Source of the DNA: Prorocentrum cordatum
Taxonomy: Eukaryota
Direction: 5' to 3'
Assembly: GCA_963575745.1 (NCBI GenBank)
Contig: CAUYUJ010000296.1
Location: 1-63,908, forward strand
Length of the DNA stretch: 63,908 bases
The notes beneath the pieces were generated by a model. That model did no database searches, was not told where the DNA came from, and worked only from the letters and a program-made list of their open reading frames with translations. Each line of letters opens with the position of its first letter. Position 1 is the first letter of the stretch. The translations under genes and the position numbers were made by a program. Positions 10,591 to 20,174 of this stretch are shown here, in pieces.

Positions 10591-11592
10591 CTCAGCTGCC
10601 CCCCCTCCTCCTCCTCCTCCTCCTCCTCCTCCTCCTCCTCCTCCTCCTCCTCTCCTCCTCCTCCTCCTCCTCCTCCTCCTCCTCCTCCTCCTCCTCCTCC
10701 TCCTCCTCCTCCTCCTCCTCCTCCTCCTCCCCTCTCGAGCCATGACAAAATCCTGGCGGAAGGCTTCTCGCTATTTTCGGCCTCTGGAGGCCCTCACCGG
10801 GCCTCTCGGGACCGTCCAAAAACCGCTCGAGTCATGCCCAAATCATGACGGACAACTTCCGGCTATCTTCGGCCCCTGGATGCCCTCGCCGGGCCTCGGG
10901 ACCCCCAACACGACTCAGGATGAGAACCTGGTCCCGGGGAGTGGGTCCAGACCTCGGCGGGTCGACGTCACGAAACAATCATGACGTCGGGGGTCTGGGC
11001 AGCGCGCTGACGCGGAGCTCAGCGCGTCAGCTGAAAGCACTGGCCCGGCGCGATACGTTCGCCACAACGTGGGCCAACACGTGCCGAGCCACCACGCAGC
11101 GCGTTGACACGGTGGGCACGGTGCGTGCTGCGCTTCAGCACGGGCGTACAGCCGGGCCGAGGACAGGAGGAACATCCTTCAAGAGCACGAGGCCCTCCGC
11201 CGGTCACAGCACCCCAAACCACAAGATCACCGAGGGTACCCTTCCCCAGGATGCACAAGAGCATGCGACGAGCAAGAAGAACACCGTGGGTCAGGAGAGC
11301 CCAGAATCGATACATCGGATCGGCGATCGACATACATCGGATCGGCGGAAATCGGCAGCCGAGTCGGGGAAAGTCGAATCGGCGGACGTCGGCAGGCTAG
11401 TAGGCCTCCAGTGAGACATCGGAGCCCAGATCGGAGTCCGAAGTCGAATCGAATATCGGCATCGGGAGCCGTCCAAGTCGAATCGAATCGACTCGGGGGA
11501 ATCGAAACGAGCCCTGTGTGGCCGCCCTCCCCGAGCCGACCGCGATCTGGCACGCGTCGGCCCGGCCGCACCCGGGCAGCTGAGGGCTGCGC

Positions 11593-11648
11593 ATGGCCAA
11601 GGTCGCCGTGTCGTGCCAGCGTGGGGCCCCCGGCTCCGGCCGCCAGCC
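11593..11648 (-). CDS. Four-repeat + EF-hand protein, 56-nt exon 3
   Basis: GWRPEPGAPRWHDTATLA aligns with GWHEESAAPSWGDTAATL (repeat 4); acceptor CCAAG|G, GC donor AT|GCGC; the phase joins exon 4 exactly. Confidence 0.78.
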
Positions 11649-11691
11649 CTTGGCGGGGATGCTCCGGTGGCAACTCACGGGAGGCCTCCCT

Positions 11692-11925
11692 GGGAGGCCT
11701 CGCAGATGGGGTCGGAGCAGACAGGGTCGGAGGATTGCGCCGCATCGCCGATGCATCGCGATGCACTGGCGATGCGCAGGCGATGCATCGTCGACGTCGC
11801 CGATCTATCGGCGCCGTCGGCGTGGAGAAAATCGGGCTCCGCATCGAGCCGTATCGTCGATGCATCGTCGATGAGGCGCGATCCTCCGACCCCATCTACT
11901 CCGACCCCATCTAGGACGCCTAGAC
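11692..11925. mobile_element. Palindromic MITE family C (~200-230 bp); copies at 14441-14640, 24940-25075, 30738-30935, 59063-59277
   Basis: TIR AGGCCT..AGATGGGGTCGGAG.AG.TGGGGTCGGAGGATCGCGCCGCATCGCCGATGCATCG and its reverse complement; at least five copies. Confidence 0.85.
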
Positions 11926-12106
11926 TCCCATACCATCTCGTCGGCTCCTGCGATTCGACGCTGGTCGACGCCAATCGACGCCATATGACGCTAAATCGGC
12001 GCTCATCGACGCTGACAGCGACGCTCAATCGGCGCTGTCTTATCGACTCCCAGAAGCTCATCGACGCCAGAAACGGAATCGAGAGGGCATACCAGGCTGC
12101 CATGAC

Positions 12107-12310
12107 TTGCTGCCGAAGGATGCTCTCGTCCAGGCCGCCGCTACCCGCCTTCTCCAGCAGCGCGTACACGCGCGCCCGCGTGCTCGGCCACACGGCCAGC
12201 GCGGTGCCGTCGGGCAAGGCCTTGGGCCCCTGGAACAGCGTGCCGCCCAGGAGGCACCCTGGCACGCCCGTGAGCCTGTGTTCGCGGTCCTGCCAGGCCG
12301 TGACCCCCTC
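12107..12310 (-). CDS. Four-repeat + EF-hand protein, exon 2
   Basis: EGVTAWQDREHRLTGVPGCLLGGTLFQGP...SILRQQ; acceptor GTCGAG|GAG, donor CAA|GTCATG. Confidence 0.85.
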
Positions 12311-12318
12311 CTCGACGG

Positions 12319-12513
12319 CAGAAGAAGAAACAACGCCAGAAACATATAAACCTTTGGCGCTCCGCGCGGATTTCTTGGATCGGCGCTGGGCCCCGCTGGC
12401 GGCGCCTCCGGCGCCGCCCCCTGCGCGCTCCGCGCGCCAGGGAGGGGGGCCCGGCGCAGATCCAGGAAGTCCGCGCGGAGCGCCACAAGCTCATGCTTGT
12501 GCCGTTCTTGCTT
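12319..12513. mobile_element. MITE family A (195 bp, ~75-bp TIRs, 11-bp TSD; Mutator-like) constituting intron 1; other copies at 27011-27213, 37693-37889, 44401-44605, fragment at 34384-34450
   Basis: Perfect direct repeat CTCCTCGACGG at 12308-12318 and 12514-12524; long imperfect TIRs containing GGATTTCTTGGATC.GCGCTGG. Confidence 0.9.
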
Positions 12514-12516
12514 CTC

Positions 12517-13047
12517 CTCGACGGGGACCGCCCGATAGACCTGGCCCTCGGCAGTGGAGGTCATGGAGACGCTGAAGCTCTTGACGAAGATGGGCACGGC
12601 CACGATGAGGATTACCGCCCCGCTCTCCACGATCTCGGGGAGGGTCAGGGACCCGCCCGCCATCAGGGGGGCGCTGAAGGTGGCCATGACGGAGTCCTCT
12701 CCGCACCAACTGGGTGAAGCTTCCTCGCCGGACCATATCGGTGCCTCGGCCAGCCTCGTCAGCAGCCCCCCATCGCGACCCTTGGCGGCGGCACAGTCTT
12801 TTTTCCTTGGGCCCTCCGACTCCACTGACACATAAACTCGGCAGGAACCAGCATCGCCTGCAGTCAGCGTGACGATGGTGCCTTCAAGGATCTTCCCGTG
12901 CTGCGTCCTGACGAGCGCGCCTCCCACGAGGTGAGGTGGGATGTTCGTCAGCTTGTAGTCCGCGTCCGACCATGCAGCACCGCCGTCAACCACTGTATCA
13001 TAGTCAAAGACGACGCCCTTGTTCGATGTGGCCTGCACGACCGACAT
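12517..13047 (-). CDS. Four-repeat + EF-hand protein, exon 1 (ATG at 13047)
   Basis: MSVVQATSNKGVVFDYDTVVDGGAAWSDADYKLTNIPPHLVGGALVR...YRAVPVE; ATG ~80 nt after an SL relic; strong GC3 codon bias. Confidence 0.88.
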
Positions 13048-13126
13048 GTGGTGTGGGCGCCCTGGGCAAGCACACCGGGCTGGCGCGGGAACTCGCACCG
13101 AGCCGCGCGCTGAGCCACGACCGCTG

Positions 13127-13148
13127 CCTGAGCCAAAACGGCTACTGA
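13127..13148 (-). promoter_or_regulatory. Relic DinoSL, with a possible older relic at ~13109-13125
   Basis: TCAGTAGCCGTTTTGGCTCAGG = 19/22 match to DinoSL; downstream GGTCGTGGCTCAGC. Confidence 0.88.
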
Positions 13149-14629
13149 ACCCTATATGCCGGTCCGCGCTTCTGTAAGATGTGGCACCCTTGCGGCATAA
13201 GACCCTTCACACACTCAAAAAGGCACACAATGCATCCCAGGGGCCTCATGTGCACGACCCACAGGCATAGTGGCGGGATGGGCCTGAAGTAAACATTGAA
13301 TGCAGCAACCAGCCAAGAGTCGAAGGCCTAGAGGTTGACACGGGCACCAATGGCGGCGGTGTGCCTCCACCGAGGGCAGACGATCCTGGCTTCGGTGACA
13401 GTTGTCATATTCGTGCTGCCCAGATGGCCGAGATATCAACACCAGCACCCAAATCTAGGATCATCTTCCCCTGGTGGAGGCAACCCCCTGTTTGGTGTTG
13501 GTGTCCATTGTTAGGCCTCCAACAAGGGGCCCCTCTCGGGAGGAGGGAGCGAACAAGGAGCCCACAGAAGACGCACAGTGGAGGCCAGTCCACAAGAAGC
13601 CTTCCACACGAAACCCCACCCTGAGACCCCAGGACGCCCGTGGATCTTTGGTGTGGGCACGTCACGCTTTTTATCGCAGAAGCATCGAAACTCAGGGCAC
13701 CCTGGAGGCGAGCAGGGTGTTTCTTCGCATGGGCCCCCGCTGCACGCGCGCCCAGCCACCCGCACGCGAACGCGGCCCCCCGGCCCGCGTTGCCAGCCTC
13801 GTGCCACGAACTCTCGCGCAGTGCATGCTCTCCGAGCCTACAGCCGGACCTGTGCCAGCCAAGCCCTGGAGACGACAAGGCCGCTTTGCACTGGTTCCGT
13901 TCAGCCGTTTTTTCTGCCGGTTCCGACGCCGCTTTTTTTACCGGTTCCGTCGCTGTTTTCTTACCGGTTCCGGCTCCGTTTCCCATCCTGGAGCCTTTTT
14001 TGTTGCCGTTTCGGGTCGCCGCTTTTTTTTTGCCGCTTCCATTTTCAAGAGACACTTGTTCGGACACGGTGAAAAAACGGCTACACGCGAGAGCGACCCT
14101 GGATAGGAGTGGCCTTTGGCGCGCGGCTTTTGGGGGCCGCGGGAGTGCCAAAAACAAGCGCGCAAGGCGCTGCCGCCTCTCGTTCGGAGGTCGGGGGGCC
14201 CCAATGGGCCCGCACCAAAGGTCACTCCGGCGAAGGGTCACTATTACGCGTGGTCGACAGCATACCATCCCTCGAGAGCGTGAGACCCTCCGCCAGCCAA
14301 AAACGAACAGAACATCCAAGGGTACCCTCCCCAGGGTGCGGAGGAACATCCAGCAAGCGCGAAGAACACCAGGCTACCCTTCCCGAACGGACCTCGACCT
14401 GACACCTCGGCCAGACTGTACGACAATTCGTGTGCACGCTTAGAGGCCTCCTATATGGGGTCGGAGTAGATGGGGTCGGGGGATCGCGCCGCATCGCCAA
14501 AATATCGGCGAAGCGGCCAGGTGTGGGGCTCGATTTGCTTCACGTCGACGTCGCCGATGCATCGCCCACGTCTCGACGACGCATCGCCGGTGCATCGGCC
14601 AGAACGCGACTTCACCCATACGCATCCCT

Positions 14630-16200
14630 GCAAGTGTTGCGCACAGCCGAAACGAATGTGCGCGGCGCTTCGGCGAGAACCGCATTTTGAAAAGGAGCCC
14701 CCCTCAATCGTTAAAGCTGCAAAGAACTTTTAGGACGAATGTGCGTAGAGCTAAAGCGAAAACCGCATTTTGACAAAGACCCGCCCTGCTTCCTTCAAGC
14801 GGTTGCAAACTTTTAAAATGTGAGCGGCACTACGGCGAGAGCTACGTTTTAGAAAAGGACCCGCCATCCATGAATAACAAGGCTGCCAACATTCAAAACG
14901 AATGCTCGCGGCGTTGATGCCAGAACCGCAGTTTGAAAACGACACACCCCCTATCCTTGAAACTGCCGCAACGATTCAAAACACATATGCGCGGCGCCAC
15001 AGCGACAACCACTTTTTTCAAAAGACCCACCTTCCATCCGTGAAGCTATTGCAGACTTTTTGACGAATGTGCGCGGCACTGAAACGATAAACACACGGTG
15101 GCAAGAACCCGCCCCGCATCCGTGAACATGCTGCAAACACGCGGCGCTAAAGCCATATTCGCATTTCGGAAATAGCCCGACCTCCATAATTCAAGCTGTA
15201 GCGAACTTTCAAAACGAATGTGTGCGGCGCTAAGGCGAGAGCCACATTTTGAAAAAGGGCCCGCCCTCCATGCTTGAACCTGTTGCAAACTTTGGATACG
15301 AATGTGCGCGGCGCTGAGACGATAATCCCATGTTCTCAATGCCCGAAGCCCATTTCATGCTCTAAGCTATTGCGAATCTCAACCTTCAGGATCACAGACG
15401 GTGAAGGAAAACATCAAGCGAAACGCCTGGCCCGCCCTACCAACACGTCTGGGGGTGCGACCGGGAGGGGATTATTCACAACTGTAAGGAAAAGAAATGG
15501 AGGAGGAAGAGGAGGAGGAGGAGGAGGAGGAGGAGGAGGACCAGTGTACACCCAAGACCCATCAAAGATGTTGCATCACACCCTCCCTCCTAGTTCCCTC
15601 ATCATAAATCCCTACAAGGATTCATTCTCACTGAAGGAAAAGCCCCGTTGGAAAACAACTGTTTGAAGACCCTGAACCGTGCCAACACACCATTACTGGA
15701 ACTATAACGCCGCGAATGAACGTCACTGTTGCGTTCTGACGATCCCGAACCGTGCCATACCACCGTTCTTGGGACTTCAACTTCAACACCGCACATGAAT
15801 GTTACAATTGCGCTCTGACAGTCCTACACCGTGTTAAACACACCATTTCTGGGACGTCAGACTTAGGACCCGTGAAACTGTTTCAACTCTTCACACGAAT
15901 GTGCACGACACTGAAGCGAGAACCACATTTTGAAAAGGAGCCGCTCTCCATACGTGAACTGTTGCAAGGTTTTTGAAACGAATGTGCGTGGCGCTACGGC
16001 GATATGCACATTTTGAAAACGTCCTGCCCTCCATCCTTGAAGCTCTTGCAAATTTCAAGCTTGATGATCATACATCGTGAGCATGTCTCAAGCGAAACGC
16101 CCGGCCCGCCTTGTCGACGCGTATCGGTGTGCGAGAGGGAGGAGCTATGTATGAAAGGAGAAATGACGGAGGAGGGGGAGAAGGAGGAGTGAGGGAGGCG
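14630..16200 (+). repeat. Composite element H with ~82-bp tandem units (GAATGTGCGCGGCGCT..GCGAGAACC.CATTTTGAAA); related copies at 25960-26620 (-), 46390-46990, 610-720 (-)
   Basis: About 9 degenerate units at 14640-15320 and 2 more at 15880-16050, with conserved unique flanks (CCAGTGTA.AC.CAAGA..., GCGAAACGCC.GGCCCGCC) bordered by GAG tracts. Confidence 0.8.
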
Positions 16201-16569
16201 AGAAGTCAGAAGGAAGCTGGAACGTCTCTTGGGGACGCCCCCTCGGGTGGGGAGGGGGCGGGGGCGCGCGTGTGCCGCGCCACGCTGCGCTCCACGCTGC
16301 GCCACACGCGCGCTCCGCGCTCCATGCTGCGCGAGCGCGCGGCCACACGCACGCTCCACGCGCCACCCGCGTGCTCCGCTCGTCACCGGGGCGCTCCACG
16401 CTGCGCCAGCGCGCGACGCGCGGCCGGCTGTCGGCCCCCGCGCTGCCCGCGGGCGGCCCGTCCGCCCCCCGGGCTGGCTTGTCGTCCGCGCGGGCTTCCA
16501 ACGCCCGCGCTCGCCCAGCGCCTCTGCTGTCCGGCTGCTCGCGAGGCAGGAGGGCACAAAGAGGGGGGT

Positions 16570-18210
16570 GGGCCTCTAAGAAGCCGGGGTAGTTCTTAGA
16601 AGGCGGAGTGGTCTTCTCTCTTCGAGGGGCCTGGGGGCTTTTCAGACTGCTTCTTAAAACCGCGAGTGGCTTCCATGATGCCCCCTGTCTTGTGAGAAGC
16701 TTCCCTGCCTTCTCAGAAGGCCGCCCCTGTCGCGCCACTCCTTTGTGCCGTCTGGATACCTTCTTCTTCTCCGCGTTGTCCTTCTTCGCGGGCTCGCTGC
16801 TGGGGCTGGCTGCCTGTGCCCTCTGGCTGCCGCTGCGTCCACCAGGGCGTTGATGCCGCCGCGCCAGGCCGCTCGGTCGCCCTCACGTCCGGCTCGCTTG
16901 GCTCGGTCGCCCTCACGTCTGGCTCGCTTGGCCTGCTTTGGCTGCTCGCCAAGCCCCTGCACTGGCGCGCCTGCCGCCACGGTCCACCCACCTTTGGATT
17001 CCACGGCGGCTGGCGGCTCCCACCGACTCCGTTTCGGCGGCTTGGCCTCGCAGATCTGCCCGCCCTGCTCTTCCGTCACCCCTGGCGGCCGTGGCTGAGC
17101 TGGCTACTGCTGCAGTGATGATGCCCGGGACCTTGGCCCGCCGTGCGCTCCTCACCGCCGCGTGCAAATTCGCTTCAGGCTCCCCAGCATCTGCTGGGTC
17201 CTCTGCATCTCCAGGTTGGACTTCTCCAGCTTCTGGTCGGCCTCCTTCGGTTTCCAGGCCCGCCGTTCTTGCCGAGCTGCTGGCATGGGAATGTTGCACA
17301 CCACTATCTCCACCAGGTGGTGCACTTGCTGCCGCGTGTCGCCGCACATCAGAGGATCTTGTTCTGCTTCGTGCTCGGAGTCCAGGGCGCCCTCCTCGCA
17401 GGAACTCTTTCGCTAAGCGGTGCTGCTGCGCCCGCCTGCGCTGGTCGGTAACGTGCGCCTTGCCCATTTTCCCGCCGACCTCGCCGTCCTGTACGCCATG
17501 CCTCACGGCATATGTCGCTGGCCAGGCGCATCCACGGCAGTCTGGCCTGCTCGGATCCCTGCGGGTGGTGGTCCGCGGGCGCGTCCAGCCACTGGTGTCT
17601 CATCTCCGCAAGAAATACTGGATGCACTTCGCCTGCCGGATGGCCCATGGTTGTCCTTCATGAAGTGCAGCGTGCCACCAGGATGCCACATCCGCCAAGC
17701 TGGCAGTGAGATACCGCTGCCTTCCCCAAGCTGCAGCTCGCTCCGGATCGCTCTCGGGGTCGGTGCGTGTGACTGGTGCTGGCTCCGCGACCGCCCGGCC
17801 TCGCTCCGCTGTCGCCGTGTTCTGGTCTTGCTCAGCTGACACGGCTCGCGCCTCGGCTCCAAATCGTGCCGCCACCAGCTAGTGTTCTTCTGCGGCTCTG
17901 GCGCAGCCACGCTGCGAACCACTCGGTGATGCTTAGTTCCGTACCCGTGGTCGCGCAGGTGTACTGTCTAACCATGCGCGGCGGCACATCTCTTCTGCCA
18001 TGCGCCTCGGTCGCACCTGTTGTCTTTGCTCTGGTGGCTGGGGAAACAAACAGCTGTCTGCAGCCTTGGTGCCAGAGTGCCTGGCTGAATGGCTGTACGC
18101 AGGTTGCTTGCCAGGTGTGGCTTGTCGTCCTGGCGTCTGCGGGGATCTACCATGTGCCTAGCTCGGGTATGGCCGTCTGGAGGCGTCGGACCCTGTCCCA
18201 GGCCCCCTCC
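16570..18210 (-). pseudogene. Degenerate coding-like segment, possibly a retroelement gag/ORF1-type remnant
   Basis: Frameshifted K/R/E-rich coiled-coil-like pieces, a C-x2-C remnant (PDCRGC) and an in-frame 30-nt duplication (AKRARREGDR); no recognisable catalytic motif. Confidence 0.3.
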
Positions 18211-20008
18211 GGGGTTTCAGGTTTAGGATTCAGGGTTTGGGGTTTAGGGCCAAGAGGAGCGCGAAGACGTCAACATCCTGGACGTGTCATACACTAGCGA
18301 GGTGCCCACGTCCCACCCACCCTGGAAACCCATTGCACATGAAGACACACGCTTTGGTGCATGCAAGCCAGTGGGGAAGGCCGCGTGGAGCAGAGAGGAG
18401 CAGCGAGGTGCAGGGAGGAGCACGCGGGAGGAACCGCAGGCAGAAGAAGCAACACAGGAGCGCGCGCGGTGGCACCTGCGAGGATCGCGCGACATCGCTT
18501 CGGAGCGCCTGGGGCCGCCTGGGGGCGCGCGGCGGTCCCTGCGAAGCGCGCGCCGCCCTCGAGCGGGCGCCGCGTGGGCGGAATGCGCCCGCACATGTTT
18601 TTCGAGGACGATCGCCAAAGGCGTACCACAGCCGCGCGGGTGGATGTGCCCCGCCGCTTTTCTCGTGCAGGGTCGGCGGCGCGCGCAGACCGTGGCCCGC
18701 GCCGCATTCTTGATGGAGGACCGTGCGAAATTAGGAATTAGCGTCGCATGGCGATGTGCGCCGCATCGCGTAACTATTGATTTTTTAATGGATGATCGTG
18801 ATTAATTTACGAATTGGCGGGATCCGCGGAAGGCTCTTGTTTTGGAATTGAACTTATATTGATAAAATGGGTGCTTAGAATGTAAGGTTTTGGGTTTTCC
18901 TTGCGCTGCTTTCTGTTGTTCTGGTCGTCGCTGTCATGGCTTCATGCTTCACTTCGCATCGGCCATGGTGTTGGTCTCGAAGTGTGCCGCTGGTGACACA
19001 TGTGAGGTATGCCAAGGCCTCATGCAACTTGCTGAGCGCCGTGGTTTACCCCGTGCTGAGGGGTCCACCGCTCGCACAGCTTTTTGCCGCCACCCTGGGG
19101 CCGTCGGCCTCATCTGGCGGGCCTGACCTTCGAGCATCGGCTGCCCTTCTGCTTGAGGATGGACTTGGACACCTGCTGCTCCTTTACCCAACTGTATCTA
19201 CTCGTTGCCGCCGGCTTCATCTTCCGCATGTGCCTCAGCATCTGGAGGCACCTCTGCGGGTGGCACTGCTCTCCGTCGGATTCAGGGTCCGGCGCCTCTG
19301 GGCCTGGCTGTCCTCCTAGGTTCTGCCAGATCTGAAAGATTCGCTGCGGGGTAGTCCACGTGTGAGTGGGTAATCCTCATAAGCGCCTGTGCTCGTTGAT
19401 GGGGAACCCGCGAATCTCCGCGCCCTGAATGCTGCGCCGTACCCATGCTCTTGTGTCTCCGTTACGGTGCTAGATGCTCAGGCGGTGTATGTAAGCCATA
19501 CGGATGAGGACGCAGGATTAGGAGGAGGAGGAGGAGAAGGAGGAGGAGGAGGATGAGGAGAAGGATGGAGGAGGAAGAGGAGGAGGAGGAGGAGGAGGAG
19601 GAGGAGGAGGAGGAGGAGGAGGAGGAGGAGGAGGAGGAGGAGGAAGAGGAGGAGGAGGAGGAGGAGGAGGAGGAGGAGGAGGAGGAGGAGGAGGAGGAGG
19701 AGGATAGAGGGAGGAGAGGGAAGAGGAGGCAGGGACGGCGGGAGGAAGGGAGCGAGGAGAAGGAAACGCAGAACAACATACCAATACAATGTGCCTCCCC
19801 TTGGGAGCGCCCGTCCGAACCGAACATATAATACCAAACATCTGATCGTATACCGTCATCCAGGTGGTATGACCAGAAGGTGCCCACCACCGAGCATACA
19901 ATGTAAGCTTCCTGAGCGCGCGCGTCGACCCTAGTGGGCCGGCGCGTACATAGTATGAGTATGATTGAGTGCTGCCGAGGAAAAATGCCGGGGATCTGCT
20001 GGCCCGGG

Positions 20009-20137
20009 TCAGTCCAGACCCAGGCTCATCAAGCTTTGCGAGATCCTGCTGGATCCTGCGCCCAGGCCCGGGTCGATGCAATCCTGGCCCTGTCCTGGCT
20101 CTGCAAGAGCCCTCGCTCTGACTGACCCCCGTCTGCA

Positions 20138-20174
<37 letters not shown>

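Noticed and set aside
12091..12093. GTATGC donor as the end of exon 2
   Set aside because: The CAA|GT donor at 12106 gives the in-frame join to the GW exon required by repeat homology; this site does not.
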